A DNA stretch of 64,000 bases from Balanoglossus misakiensis (taxonomy: Eukaryota > Animalia > Hemichordata). The DNA lies in contig CM082598.2 in NCBI GenBank assembly GCA_040954595.2, positions 3,900,607-3,964,606 on the forward strand, read 5' to 3'. How positions within the stretch are numbered: position 1 is the stretch's first letter; each line of letters opens with the position of its first letter. The translations under genes were made by a program, and so were the position numbers. This document shows, piece by piece, positions 12,201 to 27,200 of this stretch. The notes beneath the pieces were generated by a model. It worked only from the letters and a program-made list of their open reading frames with translations, ran no database searches and was not told the DNA's origin.

Positions 12201-15200
12201 CTGCTGGGGGGTACTACGGTAAAATTTCACTTGGGTATTATAGGAGGTCAATACTTCTTCTTACCTGAAATTGTGATGAAGCTGTAAATTTGTTGTGGAA
12301 CAGGTTGCTTGGTTCATGGTACCGATGATGTACGGACACACTTGATACTTGCAGCTGAGAAAACCATTGAACACTTCACCCAGTGAACCGACATGATGCA
12401 AATTGTCAAGAATGATCACACTAGGCAAATCACTGGCACTGAAAGAGATGCAATGACATAGGAATTTAAAAGCGTCATTAACGATGGTAAAATGTGAAAT
12501 CAATCAAAGGTTATTTGAATCACTGGTACAGGCAGAATTGTAGTAAATGTGAAATAAATGACAGAATACTGAAATCCAACTTACTTGCTTTCACACTGAT
12601 CTGCGATATTGGCAAGATACTGACGTAGTTCTTTACAAGATTTGTGATCAACGTTGAATGTGGCTATGGACCCTTCACTTGGTTCCTTGCCAGCCCTGTA
12701 AAGTATAAAACCACAGCATTGATCAAAATTTGAAAATATGTTCAGTATTCACTACAATGACCTTTCATTCTGTCCATCTTCCTTTGTAACCCTTTCACCA
12801 CTATGGTTTGGTCCAAATCTAATGTTTTCTATGGGAGGGTTGGAACCTCTACATAGGGAACTGGGGGTGAAAGGTTAGGTTGTCATCACAGCCTAATACA
12901 ACCAGCAATGTTATGTTATTTTAGTCTTGACTTAAAGTGCTTGAAAGTGCTGTATAAGGACAAGTTTACCTTAATACGATGTGTTCAGCCAATTTCTGTG
13001 CAAGATAGGTTTTTCCGGTCCCACTGGGGCCACACAAAATAATCCTCCTGTGCTCCAACAGTAAAGAGATGTAACGCTGCATCACACTCTTCGGAATCAG
13101 TGTTTCAAACACCAACGCATCGCAGCTGCCCTGCAATACATCTAAAAAACAAAACCAAACATTTATAGACAACTTGTGATCCTTGAGTGCTCTTTGAAAA
13201 GGTTATAATGTGACAGTTTATAGCAGAATATCATATTTCAAAATTTATACTTACTTTTCAAATGGATGTTTATGGAATTGTTTTCACCAACCAAATACCC
13301 GCATGGCAACAACTCTGGAGGTTCATCATCTATGGGGGATAATGAAAACAGTTTCAGATAAATATTTCGACTGATGGTGATGTACATGATAATGTGATAT
13401 TTAACCTATGAGCTTTGGAATATGGATTGGCATGATTGTGGTTATACCATTTATTCCTTTTGGAAAGTTTTTTGCTCATATATCCAACAAACGGGATGAA
13501 CTTTGTGTGTTGTCAAACGTTGATTCACTATATATCCACAGGTAGAATAACATAAACGGTGTCTTGTATCTAACATAATTAACGGAAAAGGGGCAGCGAG
13601 AGAGAGACTTTGTCCCTTAAACTGACCTTTTGTTCTGTGGATTTCACCGACTTCGTAGCTAAACACACCCTCTGCATTCAAACCAAGGTTGGTGACTGGG
13701 TCTATCCTTAACACATACTCCTGAAATAAAAGTTTTCATCTTTAAGTTAATCATGTCTTTTTAGCAACGGTTTCATCTAATCAATTTATATTTTGAAAGA
13801 GCTATACTTGGAGCTTTGACTTGAATTTACTTACTTTAAAGATCCTCCGGACAACATTGTCAAGTGCATCCCATTTTGTTTTACTGCTAATACTGAGAGT
13901 ACCAATCAAAACCTTTTGTACTTTAGAACCCATGGCTTTACTGGGATCAAGATGGCCGACGGAAACACCTACAATCACCCGGCGACCATTTGTAGTCGTT
14001 CCTGAGCTGTCGTCAAGTAGAATATCTGTAAACATTGAAAAAAAATCATCAGATTCAACTTCAAAGAGGAATTAAAATAGACTAGTAACATTTTTGTATG
14101 AAATCAAAAAATAATCATGAAATATATTTTACAAAAGTGGCTGATTTCTGATATTCTATCCCATTTGATGGCAACAGGGAAAGATTTTCTAAAGAACTGA
14201 ATGCTGGGAAGTGTCCAGTAAAGACAGGCTTGATCATACTTGAGTACACAAATACATACTTACCTAAACTACCATGATCTGAAGCAAAACTTAGTCTCTG
14301 GTGATCTAAAAAAATAAAGTATAACATTACTGAAAATGGTAAAATAAACAACAGAAGTAGAGCATGTACATCCAAAAATCCATATGATTTTCCGGGAGTC
14401 TGTGTTATTTTCCCAGATCTTTTCAGCACTTTCCAGGATTTTCCAGGTTCATACATACCATCCCATTATTGCAAATTAAAAGTCTGCTACATGTTGTGCA
14501 TTTCATGTTCCTTGGAATTTTGCCTCATTTATAATATTTCACCAGTTATCATTTGACACTTACCTAAGGATTCTCTGCTCATTCTTTTTGAGGAAATTGT
14601 TGAAATGTCAGACAGTTGTGATGAGCTTTGTGCCAGGGACCTAGACTGAGCTTGTCTCTGTAATCGTTCATTTTCCTGTTTCAAGTTCGACATTTCATTC
14701 TGGAATTGGACAAAACCAATTTTGTTTATATTCACCCGAAACATGTCAAATATTGCCCTCGGAGTAGCAGTAACAATCATGTAGGGTTGTGGCAGCAATG
14801 TTTTACACTTCTAAAATTATTTACATGTTGTCAAACCTCGCAAAGAGCACTGGTTATTCTCCAAAACTTACCTTTAACTTGTTCATACTCTCTTTCAATT
14901 GGTCAAGTTGATGGGCTGACGTCAACGCTTCTAACCTAATATCCGTCAACTTCATCTCTTTGTCTCGTAACTGTTTCTTCAACGTCGTCAGAGATTCAGA
15001 GTTGTCCTCTCCATCATCATATATCCTGTCAAAATTATCAGTCAAATTTTGTTTACGTCTGTTAAGCTACAATATATAGTACTACAAGTACAATAAACCC
15101 AAACAAAATGCTTGTTGAATCCTGGCTGATAAGGCACCATAAGTGATACATGTGACGTGTCTGGCAGTTCAAAAGTTAAAATATACTTGGAAAAACTTTT

Positions 15201-18200
15201 ACTGGATGCTGAAATATTGCTTGCCAGTCACCTGGAAGTGACAAAGCTGTGGGCCACATGGCCAGATCACGTGATTGATAGTAAAGAATTACTTTTAGCA
15301 AAAACCTTGGATGATAGGTCACTAGGTGAGGGGGTGTTACTTACGCTGATGTTGATGCTGAAGATTTCAACAGTGGGTTCATGCAGATATGGGGACTGCT
15401 GGGATAGTTGGGCGATGTTGGACTTGAATCCAGGTCTTCCACGTCAGTCTGTGCGCCACTTTTGTTTGTCTTTTTCCGGGAGAACGGTGATCGGAAAGAC
15501 GTCCTCAGCTGAAATTGGAATGGCAAGTCACTCAATTGCTGCAATGATGAGCAGTTTCTCGAAAATAGATGTTTTGTTTATAATGACGAAATTCCGGATT
15601 GGTGGCATTGACACTCACCCAGCTTTTCTTCTTCTTCTTGGATTTGTCATTGATCGGCTCGTTGTCTGTTACACTGCCAACGCTAGAGAGACTGGTGAAA
15701 CTAGTTGTGCTGGACATACTATCAGTGGATAGCTGTCGACTGATTCTGGGCTCGGAGGTTGCTGGAGAATACAAAAAATTATTGATTTAGTTCTTTAATC
15801 ACCGTCATTTCCATCTAGAATGGTTCAACTTTACCACACATTAAAATAGTGCATGTGGACCAAACCATACGCACAAAAATTCAAATTTAGGAAGTTGATT
15901 GTTTTCATTAAAAAAACAAAAGTCATGCAACTTATTCAACGCTGAGGGCAGTAGTACGTGCTTATAAAAACAAAGTTACAAACTATGCATACTTCTGTCT
16001 TTGAATGGCCTTCTTAGAGTGGGATCACCAGCCATCATCTGCCGGCTCTCGGCACTCTGTTTCTTCAAGGCTTCGATTGTTTCTCGCAATTCTCTCAGCT
16101 CAGAATCTTTCTGATCAGCACAACTGCTGAGCGCCTGCAGTCGGTTGGTCATGCTGGACAGACTCTGCTCGAAGGCTGACACCACATGTGACTGCAAACA
16201 AGAAGAAAAAGCATAGAATTTAAAACAAATGGCAGATACAATAAATATCTGAGAAATCCTCTTTTGAGGTAGCTTGCACCTTGAAACATTTTCCAACTAC
16301 TGAAGCCTGCGTCATGATGGCAGTATTTATGAATTCTAAACGCTCGGCTAACTAGTGTTGAAGAACACATCTAACCCTGAATAGTTGAATAGGGAGTGTT
16401 CTGATAAAAATGATGCTAATGGAAAGATGATTCAGCTCTGGTTTATACAAAAGATGCCTGCTGTCTTTTATGATAGATGTCACAATTAACCCAGAGACAA
16501 GTCTGGATTTCAAGGCTAATTGGAATACTGTGACAACAGAGACATTAAATAGAGCTGGGTTAGCTCAGTAATGTATGTGGTAATGCGAGTGGTATCACTG
16601 TAAATGGAGATCCACCATCCATCCATAATAAAATCACAGGTCAAGAGGCAGCACAGCCTTGATTATCAATATATTCTGAACAAACAGGAAGTGTAAATTA
16701 TGGAATGAGCAAAGTTAACACATTATGAAAGTTGGACGGGTGGGAGGGTGGTGGGCAATGTCTGTTTCTGAACACTTGCTTTGTTTTACATGAGTGTGCA
16801 CTTTTTCTCAACAATGAACAAAAAATCAACCCTGTATTCACCGAAAATTCCCAAGTTTGTCTGAATCTTTGTTGTGATACTCTCTAACACAAGATTAACT
16901 TTGAAATCTGTCACACGACATCTTTCTACAAGCTGGCAAAACAACTTCAAATGGTTATCAAAAGTTGCATTGCATTTCTGCGTGATTCACATGGTAAATC
17001 AAGACGTTATTGTCCTGGCAAACCAAACGTTGATGGCATAATGTGACCACAACATTCTTTACATACTGTCATGACGATAGAGCATTCACTGAAGATAGCC
17101 AGTGGCTCTGTTTAGCTATTTGGGGTTCAGAGGTCAATTCCGTACTCCATCAGTGTCCGATATTGTTTTAAATCTCAATTCCGTGTGCAATCTCTTTGAG
17201 TTAGAAACATCGCTAAACAGGGCATTGCTATATTTGACATGTGGAGTTCGGTTATCAGTGATGTAGCCAGTCTCCATGCCAACCCTTGATGTCAGTAAAC
17301 CTTGGGTGTGTTTGAACCTGAAATGACCTTTGGCTGACCTCAACGGCCAGTTAATGTTAATCCCCACTCTCGTAAGAGAGTTTATGCAGGATACCTAATC
17401 CAGTTTGGAACCCATGCACAGATTAACAAAGCAAAATTTGACCGTACAGTACCTGATCTGTGTAAACGTAATCCATACACTCATGTATCAATGTCACTTC
17501 ACCTAAAATATATGCCATAATTCATTCTTTGTGGATTACGAGAAAATCTCCTACCCCAGACTATTTCTGACTCTAACTTTTTACATGTAAGTTCAAGGCC
17601 ATCCTCATACTGCAGATCTGAATTACATATTGGACATTATATAAAAAGTATATTGCAAGTGACAGTTTTATGAATTACAAAAGTTGCCCCTTTGAGATTT
17701 AAAATCATTGAAGCAGATTCACTTGCAGTATTGTTTAGTTTTGTTACCCCATATAATAATTACCCCATATTTCATTTTTATCGGTATTTCATAAATCTTG
17801 TAAATTCATTGACGAAGAAGATCTAACATGACTAATTTTACAATTAACTCGCTGGAAGCTTGATCATTATCTCTGAGAAAGATCAAAGATTAATAATTTG
17901 TCATGATGGAAGTGGAGAAAAAAGAATTAAATTTCCCCCGGGAGGGATTATCAATTTTTGTTAGTGACATGTCACTAATCAATTTTGGAGATTTTATCTT
18001 TTTGGGAATAAGAGAGAGATAGAGATGTGTGTGTGTGAGAGAGAGGGAGGGAGGGAGAGAGAGAGAAGGGGGAGAGAAGTGGATGTGTATCCTATTTAAG
18101 AGCTGTTCAGTGGGTGTATTTCCTAAGATAGTCAATTATCTAGCCATATTAGTTTTGGAAGCAAAGCGGACAAAATACGGCTAGATACTGCACTAGTCCT

Positions 18201-21200
18201 ATGATGACTTCCAAAGTGTTCTGATTGACTCCTTGGCAACCAGCAGGAGAGGTCATCTTACACCTCCGTACAAAAAACCCAGATTCATATTAAGTGACAC
18301 AATATCAAGGACTCAATCAGTATCCCACGGTGTTCTGCAATCACTCTGCCACTGGAGTACCACTGAGGTCATGGCAACAGAGTGTGTGCAACCTTGGAGA
18401 TCTTGCCAATGCAGGATTATAACAACCGCAAGTTGTTGTGACGCCTTGCAAGAGATTGATTCCAAGAAAGGCGTTTGGGGCCATGATATCTTTTATTGCC
18501 TGAAGCAGCGCCAAAGGCTATCCTTGGATAGGGGTACATGGCTGGGTAGCCAATGAGTGTGTGCAACCTTGGAGATCTTGCCAATACAGTATTATAACAA
18601 CCGCAAGTTGTTATGACGCCTTGCAAGAGATTGATTCCAAGAAAGGCGTTTGGGGCCATGATATCTTTTATTGCCAGAAGCAGTGCCAAAGGCTATTCTT
18701 GGGTAAGGGGTACACGACTGGTTAGCCAATGAAAGTTAAATTGGTCACACTTCGCACAGTATTTCATGTACAGTGCAGATGAAGTTTTCTTTTCTGATTC
18801 TAACACCAGAACTGGTGTTCGCAAATTGTGTACACGTGGCTGTAGTATTGTTCTTATATAGCTAATGCTCCTCGTGGTGTCTTTGGAATATTTTTATCAT
18901 AACCACGTGTAACAATGTGCTAAATTTGCTAACATAGGCTGGCTTTGGGTTAGCCTAGTGCTAATACAGTGCATATCCCACAATTCCATATTCTAGATGA
19001 ACCCCACCACAATAGCTCAGACTATTGCAAGCACATTATCTGTATAGCATATGAAATGAGTACCAGCTTACAGAATGGGGGAAAAATCTATATTTGGACT
19101 ATCAATATTCTTCCCTATGGCTAATCAAAAACGTGCGAAATCGGGCTCTTTTCCTTAAAAATCACCGACTGGTGCAGTTTATTCACAGGCTTTCCATGTT
19201 TTCACCAAATATCAAGTCACTAAGTCAACATTTCTGATCGGATGCAATACCGTCTAATGATCAATTTCAGAATGCAAATTATCGCTGTGACATTTATCGA
19301 GTGTTGAGTGATTACACACACACTGATTTTCTCTACAACACGGGCGGTGTTGACGTGGGAGATTAGCATGCAATCTAAGAAATGAGATTGTGTTTTTTCC
19401 TTTTTCATATTTTTAAGTGAACGTTTCCAGGAACGGAAATCGTACAAGGTTTTTATTGATGCAATTCTGAATCTTATCTGGTGACTACAGCTCTCGCGTA
19501 TCAAAGTGCTTTTGGTGATTTCTGCAAATATTATTTTCTAGTGCACATCACTTTTAAAAACCCAGCAAAAAAGCAGAAGTTGAACGAGGTTTAGAGACCT
19601 CTAATCTGTCATCTGGACATGAGAACTGGTCTATCATGGGAATACTTTACCAGCATTAGCCGAGTTGCTGACAGGACACGCCCAGGAATGGAAAACATAA
19701 ACCCTGTTAGATCACATGTTAATTTACAAGGGAACATTCCTGTGGTTTGTTTGAAAATAATCTTTCCAGGGTGTAGAGGGGTTAGAAGTTTTGTATAATC
19801 TCTTCTGCAATGCACAAAATACTAATCCTAAAAATTTTTTCTAGTAGATTATCACTACACAACTGCCATCATCATCATTCCAAAGTAGCAATCATGAACA
19901 ATTAGTTAATTATCACATTTGCATAATTAATTGACTTTTGGACACTTATAACAACTATTGATCCATGAAACGGTCTTAAATCAGTTCTACATTGTCTTCG
20001 TTGTTAATTATCCACTCCAACTTTCCTAATTGCTCTACGCACCAATGCACCCATTGATGTCAAGATTCACACTCATGATCTCAGCTGACTTTTCAGGGTT
20101 TTTAAACGCCCACTAAACCAAACTTTCTGAATGGAGACCACCGCGTTTTTCAATGGCATTAACTGTATTTTTGTTTTGTCTTCTGAATCACCATTCAAAC
20201 TGGACAAAATTACCTCAGTCTCATATGTGGGCTATAGTGGTACATTTAGTTTGGCAAGTGTGTAGGGTCCATGACTAACCCATCTTCATTCTCCTTGATA
20301 CAAAAAAGGAATTTGCTCCGAAATGTTTCTCCAATCCCTAAATCGACTCTGAACTCTCAGAGATTCGAACAGGGCCCCCGCTTACATCCTCTACGTTTTG
20401 TGGATGTTTGATTCTTCACTATTTAGAATATTCTCCTCACTTAAAACAATTGGCTGCATGTATATCCTTGATGGTATTAGTGTAATGTGAAAACTGTCAA
20501 ACACCCCAGAAAGTCTCTAAAGTAATTTGAAATGTGTGTTTTTCATTGTATTTACTTATACATGGTTGCTAGGTATCAACCTCCTTAACTCTAAACTAGG
20601 GCTAATTGAAGGTAATTTGCAAGTGCAGAACATTTTTTTTACAAAAATAAAAGCATTTTTATCAGAAATAATAGACATCAAGTAATATTTTTGAACGCCA
20701 ACCCTTCAAATTACTTCAATTATCGAACCACTATTCAACAAAAACACTGAATAGCATTAATGTTAACAAAATTAAGATGAACTGTACATTGCTTGGGGCA
20801 GAGTGACTCATGTTTCCGTAACAACTCATTGCAATACATTTCATTGTGGGGAATACTAAAGTCTAATTTTTTTTTGTTGCATGTCTTTTCAAAAATCAAT
20901 CACTTTTCACAGAAAATTCATTTACAAAGGGTGTTGTTAGTTGAGACATGTACGAGAAACGGATGAAAATTAATAGAAAGAAATAAAATCTGTTCATGAC
21001 AAGCTTTTCTTCCTTTGCTAATTATTTTGATCAAACGAACATTCCTCGATAATACAGATCTGAATAAATACTAATTACGTAACATGACTCATCTGTCTCC
21101 CAAAGCGTAGTAAATCACTTTCATTCATCATTTCATTCATGACAAGAAGGGATTCAGATACACACTTTTATGTCAATATTATCAAACATCAGTGATGGGT

Positions 21201-24200
21201 CATTTGTCATGTCAATATTGCCTTTGTTCTCTCTTGTTTTCTGACAAATATTTAATCAGCGTACTGCATATCAATCTAATCTGAATTATTGATGATGATA
21301 CTTAAATTGAATACCACTGTTGGCGTCTGGCTTTTGCTGTTTTTCTGTGTCGATTGTGCATATTCTTTGCCTGTTTTGATTTGACTTCCCGAATTACAAT
21401 GACATACATTCTTTCTGAAAATTGGAATTATAATTACAGGTTAGTCAGGAATTCCTATCTGATGGTTGAAAGTTTTGTCGGCAGTAACAATTTATGTACT
21501 TTGGTGAGAACCTCCGACGGACGTACAAAACAATTATGCGCTCAAGTTCCCAACAGGTATTTCAGCCTGTGAACTACAATAGCTTGGCTGAAATATAGCC
21601 CACTGGTAGTAATTGTCAGTTAACATGTCACACAACCTCTGACTAGCACTGTACAATTGACTAAACAACTATCAATCGTAGTACCTCACCCATGCTGCCT
21701 GCACGCCGGATGTTGATAGATGAGCCACCAGGCGACAACTGCGGCATATTTCGGAGAAACTGAATCACTACGAAACACTCGGGAAATCAAAAGGCTGTAA
21801 AATTATCGTTACCTGAGAATTTTTTGCCTGAAAGCAACGTCTCTCACTGGGAGACCGAAAACATCTGACGACTATGGCAACTTTAGATTTTTTTGTATTG
21901 GGTTTTGGCAATGCTATTGTTTGTAAATTCCACAGACTTTAACGCATATTCTGAGGGACACGTTTTAAAGAATTGACATTCCTCGCAAATTGGAGTGTCG
22001 TTGTCCCAAAAATGGTTTATAGGTGATGTGACTTTTTCTTTTTTTTTCAAGAATACGAAGCAGAACAGAGTGAGACACTTCTTAAAATTTGTTAATGTTA
22101 TGCGAGAAAAGTATAAACATATTGGTTCAAAGTCTGAGGTTACTTGCGATATATATCTCGGTGAGTGTTTGCAGAAACTAAAAACAGCTGTCATGGTTCA
22201 CATACCAAATGATACTTTCAGCTTCTGGTTACCTTGACAACAAGAAATGGGTAATATTTCAATCTGTTTTCTTTTAAATTTTAACACGTTTCCTTTTCCA
22301 AAGTCATTTGGAACAAACTTGATTTCTGACATATAAATACAAATGTGAACTTTTTGCACAAACAGGACTCTGGTGATGGCAAAATTGTTAATAATCATGT
22401 TGCAGAATATTGAAAACTGAATATATCTATATATTCTATAAAATACTAAATGATCAAGAAGATTCCCCAAATGCTTTTAGCGCTCAATTATGCAAATATT
22501 TTGACACATGCTATTCAATAATACTTCATTTTATGGCTTTTAATTGTGCAAGCTCTTTGCAAGATAATATTTTTCAACAATTGAAAAAAAATTAGGCGTA
22601 GAGGTGGTTAAGTGTTTTGCATAACACATAGCTGTCATGTCCATTAAGAAGGCTTTAAGCTTTATAGATTTTATGATTCCAACAAATCCAGTTCGCTATC
22701 ACTTTTATCGGTAAGCTGAAGCTTGTGTTGACCACTTTGTAAGAACTAACAGCTAATGACATCAGAGATGGAGAAAGCCGTGTTTACACTCTCAGAGTCC
22801 CGCCTCTGGATATTTGATCTAGTAACAGAAGCTGGTCATCCATCATGTTAGACTTCAGAGCGGGGATCTACATGTCACGTGTGTGTGGTATGATCCCCTC
22901 TAGTTCCCTTTAATGTCTCTACATGCTACTGTATGGTTCAAAATCTCTGTTATTATACAAAGATTCGAGATCATGTACTGTTACATGTATAAATTCTGGT
23001 ACCCATCATAAATGCATGTGCACTTGTATAGTGTACATCTACTGCCATCTTAGCAAAGATTGCATATGGAGTAAAACCTGTCTAATCTGGAATTCTGTCT
23101 ATAGTAGAGACCTTTTTCAGTCACTTTCACATAGAACCACATGTTAAAAGAACCTTGCCGGGAATACTACAGTTTTCAAAATCTTTGTAAGGCTTGACTT
23201 ATCCACACTGAATACCAAAGCTACGGTATGTGAACTATGACGTCATTCATGTTGACCTCTGAACCCATGATCTCATCACTGTACGATTTCCATTGTCCTA
23301 CAGAAAATTGGCGGTGTTTATATTGTAAACTATGAAAGGTACTGTTTGACAGTGAGTTCCTGTATAGACGCATAACTTTCAGCCAGGTCAACCTGACATA
23401 CAAAACGCTCCGAAGCAAAGTTCTCTGGGATTGCAGAACAAGCAAACTAATTCAAAATTAATGAATTGTGTTTCTAACTGGTGCAATATTTAAACTAACT
23501 TTTGGCTTCTTTCAATGTATTTTTCTCCCACGTATCAACTCCGGTTTCTTATTCTACTATAGACTGTGTTTAACATAATACAGCCAGCCCTCCAGAAAAC
23601 CAGAGCAATATACACGTAGCAGTAATATCAGGGCTGTGAGGAGTCTACCCTGCCAATGATATTGTACCCTTAATACAAACACACCATTGTTTTGAGTGCT
23701 GTCAGTTTACCTAGACCGAGCATTCACAAACTGTGCTAAGAATTTCACGGCAGTGTGAGTTCGGAGTCACAACAAAGACGTCTTTTAAGTCTGTGTACTT
23801 GCACGATACCCATAAAACCAACATCGCCACCCCTGTTGCAATAAATTACCACAGTAAGATGTTGACAGTACAAACATGCGTCTTTTTTTCCCACTTCAAA
23901 GTTGTGAAAATAGTGTCACAGAAGTCAACTGATTCTATTTTGGTGCATTTTCGTATCAAAATATTGCTTCAACAGGATTAGTTTGTTTTTTAAAGACATT
24001 TATACCCCATTTCCAGAAGAATTTCTAACATATATAGTCACCGAGAAACACTAGGTCAAGGTTATACAAAATATACAAAAATCTTGCAAGTTTTGAGTGG
24101 TCTTGTGTACAGAACAAACATCCACCTGTAATTACTGTGGAAACACAAAGACACCTCTTGTTATTGACTTATTTTTTTTTGTATTCTGGCAAAGTGTACA

Positions 24201-27200
24201 CTTTGTTGTTTTTTGACACCAACCTCTCCCCCCCCCCCAACCAAAGTCGATCCCTTGTACAAGTGTGTCAGACATCAGAGACTTGCGAAGTATTTAACTT
24301 CTTGTCATAGGTCCACAGCCTGACCAATGAATACAAAGTGAGACTGCCATAACTTTTAAATTAGGTAGACAAACCCTGACACCTAACACTGCTTGTTTCA
24401 TTGTTTGGTGTCAATTTCCCCGGGGGCCAGACTGACACAGTCCATACAGTCTAACCTTGATCTCCCAGATACGATTCCACAATCCCATTAATCACACCAT
24501 TCAAATATTCTAATAACTCTTTTGGAAAAAATCTTGAGATTTCTCAACAGAACGGAAATGAGTCCATTCTTGTACGCAGACAATCTTGATAGCTACTTTG
24601 TGCTTGCAATTCTCATGAGAAAACAACCAACTGAATTTTTGTGGTGGACATCTGGTTCAGAATTTTGATAAAACAGACCAACAAGGTTCTTTGATAGTTA
24701 AAGAAAATGTTTAATCTTTCCAAGTATGCGATGATAACGTGAAACAATTTTAATAGGGGTACAATTCCTTGACATTGTTTTGGGGAATACCTTTGTGATT
24801 CTACCAGATAAAAGAATGAATGGTTAAAAAATCATAAATGGGAGGCCACTAATTTTACGAATGATGGGGAGCAACAAGAATCCATTCACTTGCCAGTTTT
24901 TCCATTGATTTTCCAGTTATACAGGACAAAATACAATTTTTCTGGAGTGATTATGCAATACCTTTGCGCAAGGTATTTCATGAGCATTGACATTTTACTC
25001 CAGCATTTGAGTGGCTAAAAGGATTGTATGTACAGGAGTGAATTCCATCAATGTGAGATTTACATTTTTTCAAGACTTTTAAGTACCATCCATTGTACTT
25101 TAAAATTCCAGAACTTAAAAATAGCATGAAAACCTTGGTTGAACTTCAACCATCACTTATTTTTAACACAGGAGGATATTTTGAATTACCACTCTTGGAT
25201 AAGAAACTACAGCTACACTAATTAGATAAACGACTGTAATAATTAATTTATACGCTTAATTATTATAATGTCATTTATATTGAACTCTTGCAAAGGACAA
25301 ATTGGAGACAATAGACTCATTTTAACTTACAAGACTTGAGACGCCAAAACATGTTTTCTTATTTTACATGTTATTGGCCCCATGCTATTAGAAGTGTGGT
25401 TATATTGTATTTCCATAAATTACTTTTATTATCACAAGTCAAATTCTGTGAGTACAAGAAACAGGAAGAAAAAGGCAACTGGTTTCTATGGAAATGGGTC
25501 TTGTGATTCTGAGTTACCATGGTGATGCAAGAGCTTTGTCTGTCGATAGAAATCAAATGAAAGCTGCATTTGAATAGTTAAAGGCAATCCAGTGAAATTT
25601 TTGTAAAATATTGGCTGGATGTACATATTTCTAACTTGCTACGGGGCTTTCTGGGTTTAAGCAAGGGGTGACAAGACGCATCATTTGAATTTTTTATTTT
25701 GACTTAACAATGGAATGCACAGTTGAGGTTTGAGGCTGAGAAATGAACATTTCATTTGATGCGATGAAACTAACAACGGCATTCTACTGGTTGGCGGATA
25801 ATGAAATGAAATCAAGGAACGCATCGCTCGGTGACTAATTCGGTCAATTTAGAGTAAATTGCTGGTCGGTTTTATTGAAAACGTGCATGACGTCTGACAG
25901 GGTCTCTGATAAACACGTGAACATCTGCCGGTTTTGGATGAATGAATTTAAAACAACTGTCATCCTATCTGTTCACGTGATGGGGTGGTGTTTTTTAGTA
26001 CATTTGTATGGGCTGTGAGTGAACATTTCAAAGTTTTTTTTCAATGCAAGAAACGCATATACATGTCGTAATGAAATTTCAAAGAAGATTTGACATTAGA
26101 AGATGTATGATTGATAATCGGGTACACAGTGCAAGCCTGGATTTGCAGACCTACAACAGTCCATTCATTGCCTGAGGATATTTCCCCAGCTGAGCTGCTC
26201 TGCTAAGATGAGAATAAAGTCAAACAACTATCCCTTTGCGCAATCCTAACATCTTTTCTATGCAAAACTAAAACATAATTCTTTCCAAGGACGCAAAGAT
26301 GCAATGAATGGATGGACTCACCAATGGCTTGGGTTCCTTCGACTCGATGATCTCCAAAAAATCTGTCATTGTGATGGTTTATCGCGAAAAACAAAACTCT
26401 CACGGTCACTACAATAAGGAGGCGCAATTCCAAGTAAACTTTCTCAGTAGTTCGCACGCCGCTTGTAACGACTCCACCATTATTTGTCGCAGACTGGAGC
26501 TTTTGGCAAATTCTGAGATGACATGGTCTGGTAATTCACAGTCTCACGGATCACGGAGAATTGAATAATAACAACAATAGATGCTAATAGATGGGATGTC
26601 TGATTTTGTGTGGCCCTAATGCTGTGTGTTATAATCTGACTGCACACATACACTGGGCCGCTCACGAACAAGCGAGATCGTCCTGACGGCCTACCTGAGT
26701 GGACCATACCATTCTTAACGGGGGTGTCCACCAGCATTAATCGCGGATGGGTCAAGGCCCGAAGCTGTCAACATAAACTACGTTCTGCAAATAGTTGCAG
26801 CTATCATCACTGTGTGTGCGTTTCACACGTACAACTGCCGATAGTGACTTTTTGTTTTGATACGTGTAAAGTTCCAAGCGTGCTTGATCGATAGTTGAGT
26901 ATGACTCAACAGGATATAGAGGGTCAAATTCAAACAACGGATCAATAATTCGCTGAAGTCTGTCCACTCTAAGTATTATTATTTGCCCTGCCTGAAGAGA
27001 CAGATTGATTTTTCGTTGGTGTGTTTTACGTCAAAAAACAGCAATGCGGGAAACTGTGAAATGTATCTTAACACTACGTAGTGATATGTTTCCGATTCTC
27101 TGATCCCTCGAGGGATATGCTAGCTGTCACCCCTATTGGTCTAAATAGTATGATTCAATTCAGTGAACAGGAGAAAGGAGGCCAACAAAGACATTATACT

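Noticed and set aside
12390-12420. Walker B reading VIILDN instead of hhhhDE, suggesting an unusual dead ATPase
   Set aside because: From recall, this DN form is normal in the NAV family, so it is not specific to this locus.
24500-25130. Coding-like composition suggesting a decayed gene
   Set aside because: Stops in the frames I read and no recognisable motif.
26203-26967. ORF cluster with TIDQARLELY, faintly transposase-like
   Set aside because: Similarity is too weak to support a call without a search.
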